Source: Candidatus Eiseniibacteriota bacterium (GTDB lineage: Bacteria; Eisenbacteria; RBG-16-71-46). From it: DNA of 15,819 nucleotides. A model generated the notes under the pieces. That model did no database searches, was not told the origin of the DNA, and was given only the letters and a program-made list of their open reading frames with translations. Below are positions 8,331 to 14,896 of this stretch, in pieces (the stretch's first letter is position 1; each line of letters begins with the position of its first letter). Made by a program: the position numbers and the translations under genes. The stretch covers positions 1-15,819 of the forward strand of contig JAYSRO010000211.1 of the NCBI GenBank assembly GCA_043720995.1. Direction: 5' to 3'.

Positions 8331-8905
8331 CACTGCCCACCGAATTTCTCATGCACGTGGCCGGGATGCTCGAACGGCTAGGGATCCGGTACCACGTTGG
8401 CGGCTCCGTCGCGAGTTCTGCCCACGGCATGTACAGGGCATCGGCGGACATCGACTTCGTCATTGATCCCACGCCTGAGCAACTGAACGCCCTGACTGCC
8501 GAGCTCGATCCCGAGTTTTACGTCAGCCGAACGGCCGTGGCGGAGGCCCTCGAGAGCCGGGGCACGTTCAACGCAATCCACGAGGCGACCTCGTTCAAGA
8601 TCGACTTCTTCATCAAAGGTGCCGCCCCGTTCGATTCCGAGGAATTGCAGCGCTCCGTCCGGCAGGTTGTCGAAGCCGGGTCTTCGCGAGAGGTATCTAT
8701 CAAGAGCCCCGAAGACACGATCCTGCGCAAGCTCGACTGGTTCCGGCGCGGCGGAGAGGTGTCGGAGCGCCAGTGGCAGGATGTGCTCTCGATCCTTACT
8801 GCCTCCCGGGGCAAGCTCGATGACGCCTACCTGGACCGTTGGGCTCGCGAGCTGGACGTCGCGGGGCTGTTGGACCGGGCCCGCCAGGAGAGCGTGAACC
8901 GCTAG
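8327..8905 (+). CDS. Minimal Pol-beta-superfamily nucleotidyltransferase (AbiEii/MenT-like or ANT(2'')-like)
   Basis: Signature hG[GS]…DhD: …GIRYHVGGSVASSAHGMYRASADIDFVID…. The spacing resembles ANT(2'')-Ia (YWLAGGWAVDALLGRQTREHDDIDLVV) and the AbiEii R-x-S-x-D-I-D-F motif. A third acidic strand is at …FKIDFFIK…. A C-terminal ~90-aa helical region follows. The GTG start at 8327 is translationally coupled; ATG 8351 is an alternative. Confidence 0.7.
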   Translation: MTLPTEFLMHVAGMLERLGIRYHVGGSVASSAHGMYRASADIDFVIDPTPEQLNALTAELDPEFYVSRTAVAEALESRGTFNAIHEATSFKIDFFIKGAAPFDSEELQRSVRQVVEAGSSREVSIKSPEDTILRKLDWFRRGGEVSERQWQDVLSILTASRGKLDDAYLDRWARELDVAGLLDRARQESVNR

Positions 8906-8906
8906 C

Positions 8907-8992
8907 CCATTGCGGAAGTGAGCGCGCCCCAAGCCTAAGTCGTGCCCACGTTGGAACGTGAATCCACGAGCGCACTTCCGGATTGCGCAATC
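8907..8992. promoter_or_regulatory. Cluster of nested inverted repeats downstream of NTase gene / upstream of flotillin gene
   Basis: Outer arms CGGAAGTG (8913-8920) and CACTTCCG (8973-8980) have imperfect extensions. Inside them is the perfect 14-bp palindrome CACGTTGGAACGTG (8947-8960). Immediately 3' is the perfect 12-bp palindrome GATTGCGCAATC (8981-8992). Confidence 0.35.
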
Positions 8993-9208
8993 TCCTGCGC
9001 GATTCACACATCCAACACAACATGATCCGAGCCACGCTTCCGATTTAGAACTGGCCTTCGCGGCGCGCCGTCCCTTCGGCGACGCCGCTCTGGCGGCGCC
9101 CTGCCGCCTGAACGCGATCATGCTACCGTTCGAGAGTTCTCCTACTCGCGGTTCGCCGCCGGCCACGCTGAGATGTGTGCGTCCGAACTTGCTCCCGGAG
9201 GCCTGTCC

Positions 9209-11251
9209 ATGCAGTTCCTTCTGATCTCCACCCTTGGCGTATTTGTGGCTGCGGTCGTGTTGTTCCTGTTGATGGGCATTCGCTACATCCCCAACAACAA
9301 GATCGGCATCATCGAGAAGCGCATCAGCGACAAGGGCTCACTCAAGTCCGGCATCATCGCGCTGGGCAATGAAGCCGGCTTCCAGCCGAACATGCTGCGC
9401 GGCGGCTTGCACTACCTGCTGCCGGTGCAATACGCGGTGCACGTGCTGCCACTCGTCACGATTCCGCAAGGGCGTATCGGCTACGTGTTCGCGCGCGACG
9501 GCCAGATGCTGCCGGCCTCGCAGACGCTCGCCGCGAACGAGCAGGCGAACGACTTCCAGGACGCGGCGATCTTCCTGCGCGGCGGCGGCCAGCGTGGGCC
9601 CCAGCGCAAGATCCTGCGTGAGGGCTCGTACGCGATCCACCTGTCGCAATTCGTGGTGATCGCCGAGGAGCGCGTGTATGCGCTCGCGCTCGACAAGGCC
9701 GAGGAGTCGCTGTTTCGCGAGATGGCGAAGCTCATCGCCGAGCGTGAGGGGTTCACGCCGGTCGTGATCAAGGGACATGACGACATGCTCGGCATCGTCA
9801 CCGTGCACGACGGGCCGTCGCTGCCGCCGGGGCAGATCATCGCGCCGACGGTGGGCGAGGACCAGACGAACGCCCACACCTACCACAACAGTTTCCAGGA
9901 CCCGGAGCGCTTCCTCGCCGCTGGGGGCCTGCGTGGCCGCCAGCTGCAGGTACTCGTCGAGGGTACTTACTACATCAACCGCCTGTTCGCGACGGTCGAG
10001 ATGGTGCCCAAGACGGTCGTCGAAGTGGGCACGGTGGGCGTAGTCGTCAGCTATACCGGCGAACTCGGCGCCGATCTGTCGGGCGTCGAGTACAAGCACG
10101 GCGAACTGGTACAGCGCGGCTTGCGCGGCGTGTGGAGCGAGCCGCTCATGCCCGGCAAGTACGCGTTCAACACCTACGCCGGCAAGGTGAGCATCGTGCC
10201 GACCACGAACTTCATCCTCAAGTGGAACAAGTCCGAGACCGGCGCGCACAAGTACGACGAGAACCTGTCTGAAGTCGCCCTGATCACCAAGGACGCCTTC
10301 GAGCCGTCGCTGCCGCTGTCGGTGGTCGTGCACATCGACTACCGCAAGGCGCCGCTCGTCATCCAGCGGTTCGGTGACATCAAGCGGCTGGTCGAGCAGA
10401 CGCTCGACCCGATGGTGAGCGCCTACTTCAAGAACATCGGGCAGACGCGCACGCTGATACAGTTGATCCAGGACCGCAGCGCCATCCAGCAGATCTCGAG
10501 CGAAGAGATGAAGGCCAAGTTCGCCATCTACAACCTCGAGCTGCAGGAGGTGCTGATCGGCACGCCCACGAGCGGGGAGCCCGGGGGGCAGATCGAGCAG
10601 ATCCTGATGCAGCTGCGCTCACGGCAGATCGCGACGGAGCAGGTCGAGACCTACAACCGCCAGGAAGTGGCGGCGGTCAAGGAGCGCGAATTGCGCGAGG
10701 CGGAGCAGCGCGCGCGGCAGCAGTCCTCGATCACGGAATCCGAGCTGTCGATCATGGTGCAGTCGAACCAGGGCAAGGCCGACGTGGCGCGGGCGCAGCA
10801 GGAATCGCAGAAGATCCAGACGCTGGCGACCGCCGAAGCCGAGAAGGTTCGCATCATGGGCGAAGGCGAGGCCGGCAAGGTGAAGGCGATTGCTTCCGCC
10901 GAAGCCGAGCGCGCCGCGCGCGTCGGTGTCGCGCAGGCCATGGCGATTGAAGAACAGGTGCGCGCGTACGGCGGGCCGCGGTTCCAACTCACGCAGCAGG
11001 TGATGAACCGCTTCGCCGAAGCGATCCAGGTCTCGGGCGTCGACGTTGTCCCGCGCGTGGTCGTGGGCGGCGGCGGTGCCAATGGCGGCACTCCCTCCAC
11101 GGGCAATGTGATGGAAGCGCTGCTCACGATGCTGTTGTCCGAGCGCGTCGGCGAGGTCGTCGGCACGTTGGCTCCGCGCGGCGCTGATGCCGAGGCGATG
11201 CGCAAGCGGATCCACGACGACATGCGGCGGCCTGGCGACGAGAAGAACTAG
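9209..11251 (+). CDS. Flotillin-family SPFH/band-7 inner-membrane protein (YqiK/FloT-like), unusually long (~680 aa)
   Basis: ATG at 9209 with GGAGG 8 nt upstream. The product has an N-terminal TM helix (MQFLLISTLGVFVAAVVLFLLMG), the IPNNKIGIIEKR SPFH start, and a split SPFH domain (…ITKDAFEPSLPLSVVVHIDYR…). A flotillin-type Ala/Glu-rich coiled coil (AEAEKVRIMGEGEAGKVKAIASAEAERAARVGVAQAMA) precedes a Gly-rich tail. Confidence 0.88.
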   Translation: MQFLLISTLGVFVAAVVLFLLMGIRYIPNNKIGIIEKRISDKGSLKSGIIALGNEAGFQPNMLRGGLHYLLPVQYAVHVLPLVTIPQGRIGYVFARDGQMLPASQTLAANEQANDFQDAAIFLRGGGQRGPQRKILREGSYAIHLSQFVVIAEERVYALALDKAEESLFREMAKLIAEREGFTPVVIKGHDDMLGIVTVHDGPSLPPGQIIAPTVGEDQTNAHTYHNSFQDPERFLAAGGLRGRQLQVLVEGTYYINRLFATVEMVPKTVVEVGTVGVVVSYTGELGADLSGVEYKHGELVQRGLRGVWSEPLMPGKYAFNTYAGKVSIVPTTNFILKWNKSETGAHKYDENLSEVALITKDAFEPSLPLSVVVHIDYRKAPLVIQRFGDIKRLVEQTLDPMVSAYFKNIGQTRTLIQLIQDRSAIQQISSEEMKAKFAIYNLELQEVLIGTPTSGEPGGQIEQILMQLRSRQIATEQVETYNRQEVAAVKERELREAEQRARQQSSITESELSIMVQSNQGKADVARAQQESQKIQTLATAEAEKVRIMGEGEAGKVKAIASAEAERAARVGVAQAMAIEEQVRAYGGPRFQLTQQVMNRFAEAIQVSGVDVVPRVVVGGGGANGGTPSTGNVMEALLTMLLSERVGEVVGTLAPRGADAEAMRKRIHDDMRRPGDEKN

Positions 11252-11273
11252 GCGCTGCGGGGATCTCACAAGA

Positions 11274-11302
11274 GCCCGGTGCGAAAGCGCCGGGCCCTTT
11301 CG
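11274..11302 (+). terminator. Rho-independent terminator of flotillin gene (GNRA tetraloop hairpin)
   Basis: GCCCGGTGC-GAAA-GCGCCGGGC forms a 9-bp stem with one G·U pair, followed by CCCTTTCG. It lies 23 nt after the TAG stop. The reverse complement also forms a hairpin, so it may act bidirectionally. Confidence 0.6.
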
Positions 11303-11389
11303 CGTGCGTTGGTGGCTCACCCCGGCTCGACTGCAGGGTCCACGCGCGGACAAGAAGTACAGCTCGCTCTGCGCGTGCGGGCACTCGAG

Positions 11390-12286
11390 CTAGATCGCGA
11401 GATCGAGCTGTGTCGGCTCGGGCGGCGGCTCGAGCTTCAGCACGCGACGATCGGCGATGTCGAAAACACGCTTGAGTCGCGCGACCTCCTCGAGCGTGTC
11501 GGCTGAGTCCTTGCGCTTGAGGTATCCGCTCGTCGAATAGAGACGCTCGTAGCGCGCCTGTTCCTCAGGCCAGTGGCGCGCAAGTACCTCCATGAAGTGT
11601 TCGCGCGTGCCCGGCTGCAGGTAGAGCAGGCTGGCCCAGACCTTCGTGGCACCGGCTTCGCGCGCGGCGAGCACCACCGCCTCCAATTGCTCCGGCCGGT
11701 CGGAGATGCCCGGCAACAGGGGGGCCATGGCCACCGCGACCTGAATACCCGCGTCGACCAACAGCCGGACCGCGCGCAGCCGTTGGTGCGGCGGCGCCGT
11801 GCCCTCTTCGGTGGCGCGCCACACGGTTTCGTCGAGTGTGGGCACGGAAACATGCACGCGTGCGCCGCCTCGCTGCGCCGCGGCGGTGAGCACGTCGAGA
11901 TCACGCACGATCATCGGGCCGCGCGTGATGATTTGCAGGGGCGTGCGCGCTTGCCCCAGTTCCACGATGCAGGCACGCGTCAGGCGGTAGCGGCCTTCGA
12001 TCGGCTGGTAGGGGTCGGTGGCGGCGCCGATCACCACGGTCTCGCGTGTCCACGATGCGCGCGCGAGTTCAGCGCGCAGCACGGCGGCGACATTGACCTT
12101 CACCCGCACCGAGGCGCCGTAGGCATCGCCAGAGGGCCTGTCGGCGCGGCGTTCGAACGCGCGCACGTAGCAGAACGCACAACGGTGCGCGCAGCCGGTG
12201 TAGGGATTGAGCGACCAGTTGAAGTCCATCCCCTTCACGCGATTCAGGGCGCTGCTGCAGGGTTCTTCGCGGATCTCCGAGCGCAT
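11390..12286 (-). CDS. Radical SAM protein, PA0069/SplB-like (DNA-repair photolyase-like, COG1533)
   Basis: N-terminal NPYTGCAHRCAFCYVR (CxxxCxxC with the family-typical NPYxGC context). A TAG lies 3 codons upstream of the ATG in frame, so the start is fixed at 12286. 298 aa. Confidence 0.88.
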   Translation of the reverse strand: MRSEIREEPCSSALNRVKGMDFNWSLNPYTGCAHRCAFCYVRAFERRADRPSGDAYGASVRVKVNVAAVLRAELARASWTRETVVIGAATDPYQPIEGRYRLTRACIVELGQARTPLQIITRGPMIVRDLDVLTAAAQRGGARVHVSVPTLDETVWRATEEGTAPPHQRLRAVRLLVDAGIQVAVAMAPLLPGISDRPEQLEAVVLAAREAGATKVWASLLYLQPGTREHFMEVLARHWPEEQARYERLYSTSGYLKRKDSADTLEEVARLKRVFDIADRRVLKLEPPPEPTQLDLAI

Positions 12287-12310
12287 GGAGCAATCCTAGA
12301 CCTGATTGCA

Positions 12311-12328
12311 ACACTGCACAAGTGTGCA
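12311..12328. promoter_or_regulatory. Perfect 18-bp palindrome ACTGCACAAGTGTGCAGT in the radical-SAM gene promoter (candidate repressor/SOS-type operator)
   Basis: 8+2+8 perfect inverted repeat. It lies 25-42 bp upstream of the radical-SAM ATG, within the 71-bp gap after the upstream gene's stop. Confidence 0.4.
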
Positions 12329-12357
12329 GTATGCTCATCGTCGTTGGGAGCGCACGG

Positions 12358-12900
12358 CTAGAGCAATGCCGCCAGCACGCTGGTCACCATCAGGGCTCCC
12401 CACGCCAGTGCGGTCATGACGAGCAGCCGCGAAGTCCGCTCCTCGACGCTGCGCAGCGAACGCCCCGCGAGGACAACGCGCCCCGAACCGTCATCGACGG
12501 GCTGGAGCACCACCGCCACTCGCACGCCACGCAGGGGCCGCCACGTGACGCGATGAGAACCGTTCGCGCGCACGAGGGCGAGGACTCCCGCGGGCGGAGT
12601 AGGCAGGACCCCTGCGAGACGGCCAGAGCCCGCGATGGCATGATCCGCGGAGTCGTAGACGATGAGGAACGGCCCCAACGTGGTCGCGACATCAACCACG
12701 CCCGCGGGGATCACGCCAGCGGCATCCGCACCGGCACGCAGTGCGTTCGCAGCATCGCCCGCCATCTGCAGTTGCGGATCGTCTCCCGCGTTGCGATAGG
12801 TCTGCTGCACCGCTGCATGGATGAACACCACGGCGATCGTCGCGGCGGCCGCGGCGAGCATGGCTTTGAAGAGCTTGCGTAGCGGCGGCGTGTGCATCAT
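12358..12900 (-). CDS. Hypothetical bitopic membrane protein (N- and C-terminal TM helices, ~120-aa central domain), co-transcribed with uppS
   Basis: 180-aa ORF. The start ATGATG overlaps the uppS TGA (ATGA). Hydrophobic segments are LFKAMLAAAAATIAVVFIHAAV and LLVMTALAWGALMVTSVLAALL. No recognisable catalytic motif. Confidence 0.6.
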   Translation of the reverse strand: MMHTPPLRKLFKAMLAAAAATIAVVFIHAAVQQTYRNAGDDPQLQMAGDAANALRAGADAAGVIPAGVVDVATTLGPFLIVYDSADHAIAGSGRLAGVLPTPPAGVLALVRANGSHRVTWRPLRGVRVAVVLQPVDDGSGRVVLAGRSLRSVEERTSRLLVMTALAWGALMVTSVLAALL

Positions 12901-13637
12901 CCCTCCCGCGGTGGGGTAAGCCCGCCGAAGCGGCGGTCACGACGGCGAAAGCGCTCGAGGCATGCGGCGAGATCCGCAGGCCGGAACTCCGGCCAGGGTG
13001 AGTCGAGGAACTCCAGCTCGGCGTAGGCGCACTCGAACAGCAGGAAGTCGCTGAGCCGCCGCTCCCCACCGGTGCGGATCAGCAGGTCAACATCCGGCGC
13101 GGACGCGGGTTCGTGTGCGGCGGCACCCAACGCCGCGAGGAACGTTGCGCGCGTGGGGTTCGAGCCCGCGAGTGCGGCAGCACCCTGGATCATGTCGCGG
13201 GCGGAATAGTCGATCGCAATCCGCAACCACAGCTCGTGCCCGCCGGCGGTCAACTGCTCCGCTTCGCACAGGATCTGCGCCAGCCCCACCGGCAGCCGGT
13301 CGCGCCGCCCGGGGAACGTGAGCCTCACACCGTTGCGCACGCACTCCCGCGCTTCACGCCGCAGTGAGCCGCTGAGCAATTGGAACAAAGCACTCACTTC
13401 AGCCGCGGGACGGCGCCAGTTGTCCGAGGAGAACGCGAACAGGCTCAGCGTGCCGACGCCCAGTGCCGGCGCCGCCGCGATGATGCGCCGGACCGCGGCA
13501 GCGCCCGCGCGGTGGCCCGCCACGCGTGGGAGCCCACGCCGCTCGGCCCAGCGTCCGTTACCATCGAGAATGATCGCGACGTGCGGCAGACGGGCGTGCG
13601 CCGGCGCGGCTTCGAGCGACGAAGTACTTTGTGCCAT
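12897..13637 (-). CDS. uppS: Undecaprenyl-diphosphate synthase (cis-isoprenyl transferase)
   Basis: HVAIILDGNGRWA, LFAFSSDNWRRPAAEVSALF, IRTGGERRLSDFLLFECAYAELEFLD and RRDRRFGG are near-identical to E. coli UppS motifs. 246 aa. Confidence 0.93.
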   Translation of the reverse strand: MAQSTSSLEAAPAHARLPHVAIILDGNGRWAERRGLPRVAGHRAGAAAVRRIIAAAPALGVGTLSLFAFSSDNWRRPAAEVSALFQLLSGSLRREARECVRNGVRLTFPGRRDRLPVGLAQILCEAEQLTAGGHELWLRIAIDYSARDMIQGAAALAGSNPTRATFLAALGAAAHEPASAPDVDLLIRTGGERRLSDFLLFECAYAELEFLDSPWPEFRPADLAACLERFRRRDRRFGGLTPPREG

Positions 13638-13642
13638 AAAGT
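13623..13642. promoter_or_regulatory. Operator-like palindrome site 1 (AGTACTTTGTGccatAAAGT) spanning the uppS start codon
   Basis: Shares the identical 12-mer AAGTACTTTGTG and the half-site structure ACTTTGT-N3-AyAAAGT with site 2 at 14789-14808. The uppS ATG (cat at 13635-13637) lies in the palindrome spacer. Confidence 0.45.
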
Positions 13643-13652
13643 TGATGGCTCC

Positions 13653-13679
13653 AAAAAAGCGGCCGGTGCTCCCGGCCGC
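13653..13679 (-). terminator. Strong rho-independent terminator (minus strand) of the membrane-protein/regulator operon
   Basis: Minus-strand reading: GCGGCCGG-gagca-CCGGCCGC is a perfect 8-bp GC stem followed by TTTTTT. It lies 84 nt after the regulator stop and 16 nt before the uppS ATG. Confidence 0.7.
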
Positions 13680-13762
13680 GAGTGGTTCGACGGCTGCTGC
13701 GTTGCTTCGTGCTGCGGTGCTGCGGTGCTGCGCCTCACCTGAGACGTTGCCCGGACCGGCTG

Positions 13763-14143
13763 CTATCTCTGCGTGGCCTTGATCAACGCTTCCATGTGCC
13801 GCAAATAGGATTCGAGCCCACGCCGGCCCACGGGGGTGAGCTGGTACTCCGTGCGCGGCACGCGGCCAGCGAAGCTCTTCTCACACCTGACGAGACCGAC
13901 CTCCTCGAGCTTGCGGGCGTGCACGCTGAGATTGCCGTCGGTGATGTTCAACAGTGTCCGCAGCTCGACGAAGGTCATCACGGGCGTCACCGCCAGCGCC
14001 GACAGCACACCGAGCCGGGTGCGATCGTGGATCAGTGGATCCAGCGCGAGCGTGGCCCGCCCCGCGGCGCCGGGCTCGGTGTCCCCGGCGGGACGCTTGC
14101 GTGCGGGCGCCGGGTCCTTGGCACGGGCTGCCGACCTAGCCAC
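13763..14143 (-). CDS. Winged-helix transcriptional regulator (HTH_34/ArsR-like wHTH family)
   Basis: …LDPLIHDRTRLGVLSALAVTPVMTFVELRTLLNITDGNLSVHARKLEEVGLVRCEKSFAGRVPRTEYQLTPVGRRGLESYL… matches the IHxxxRLxI…GNLSxHLxKLExAGxV…GRxPRTxYxLTxxGR wHTH pattern. The annotated long ORF (to 14326) overlaps the upstream gene. The likely start is the GTG at 14143 (overlap GTGGCTAG with the upstream stop), giving ~126 aa with an Arg/Ala/Pro-rich N-tail. Confidence 0.72.
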   Translation of the reverse strand: MARSAARAKDPAPARKRPAGDTEPGAAGRATLALDPLIHDRTRLGVLSALAVTPVMTFVELRTLLNITDGNLSVHARKLEEVGLVRCEKSFAGRVPRTEYQLTPVGRRGLESYLRHMEALIKATQR

Positions 14144-14750
14144 CGTGACGCCTCGCGATCCAGAGCCCGAAGGCGATGTGCAGCACGCCGAATCCGCTGG
14201 CCATCCAGGCATCACGCGCGACGCCCGGCACGAACAGCGCAACGGCGCCCAACAACATGAAGGCGACTCCCATCGCGCGTACCGCCGCGACCGAGAACAG
14301 GCCGCCGACCGCAATGCCCACGCCATACAGCAGCAGCCACATGCCCGGCAAAGTGTTGGGCAGGCCGTCCGGCATCCATCGAGCGGTCAGCACCGCAGCG
14401 GCGATGATCGGCAGGCAGAACGCCAGCGCGAAGCGCCGCCATGCGCCGTTCTGGAACAGCGAGCCTGAGGCGCGCGACTTGAAGGCCATCGCGGCACTGC
14501 CGAGGGCGATCGCCAGCACGGCTTCGACAAGCCAGGTGCCGAGCCATGCCGTGTCGTTCGGGGTGCGCGCGGCGAGCACCGCCGCCAGCAGGGCCGTGAC
14601 GCCGATCACGGCCAGCCCCCAGCCGGGGAACGCCGTCAGGCTCGAGGCGCGCTCCATGGTCTCGCGAATGAAACGCAGGTCCTGGGCGGCATGCTTGCCG
14701 ATCGGGGTGATTCGGGCCGTGGGCCGTTCGAATGCGGGATCGCCAGTCAT
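14136..14750 (-). CDS. Hypothetical polytopic membrane protein (4-5 TM helices) upstream of the wHTH regulator
   Basis: ORF 14136..14861. The start is probably the ATG at 14750, because the palindromic site 2 lies inside the longer N-terminal extension. Hydrophobic helices include WGLAVIGVTALLAAVLAA, LVEAVLAIALGSAAMAF, LAFCLPIIAAAVLTA, MWLLLYGVGIAVGGLFSVAAV and GVAFMLLGAVALFVPGV. Confidence 0.6.
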   Translation of the reverse strand: MTGDPAFERPTARITPIGKHAAQDLRFIRETMERASSLTAFPGWGLAVIGVTALLAAVLAARTPNDTAWLGTWLVEAVLAIALGSAAMAFKSRASGSLFQNGAWRRFALAFCLPIIAAAVLTARWMPDGLPNTLPGMWLLLYGVGIAVGGLFSVAAVRAMGVAFMLLGAVALFVPGVARDAWMASGFGVLHIAFGLWIARRHGG

Positions 14751-14788
14751 CAGGAACAAGGCTATGGCTTCGCCGCAGCGCTCGTCAA

Positions 14789-14808
14789 GTACTTTGTGTG
14801 ACAAAGTC
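14789..14808. promoter_or_regulatory. Operator-like palindrome site 2 (AGTACTTTGTgtgACAAAGT), ~40 bp upstream of the membrane-protein start
   Basis: Perfect 7-3-7 inverted repeat ACTTTGT-GTG-ACAAAGT. The 12-mer AAGTACTTTGTG is identical to site 1. It lies between the DUF4097-like gene stop (14897) and the membrane-protein ATG (14750). Confidence 0.45.
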
Positions 14809-14896
14809 GAAATCACGCCAGAACACTGAACATGCGCCGTCTTCATCGTTACGGGCCACATTCACTCGCGCGCCCCGCCCAAGGCCACAACGTGGG

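Noticed and set aside
11341-11377. CACGCGC…GCGCGTG 7-bp inverted repeat with a 23-nt loop after the radical SAM stop
   Set aside because: Long loop and no U-tract. The better-formed GNRA hairpin at 11274-11302 can serve as the bidirectional terminator for both convergent genes.
12311-12328. Calling the palindrome a bona fide E. coli-type LexA box
   Set aside because: The half-site spacing (CTG-N12-CAG) differs from CTGT-N8-ACAG. Only the generic 'candidate repressor operator' claim is retained.
13709-13732. Tandem 8-mer GTGCTGCG x3 in the regulator–terminator spacer
   Set aside because: Short, GC-rich simple repeat in an intergenic spacer. Likely compositional or slippage noise with no supporting context for function.
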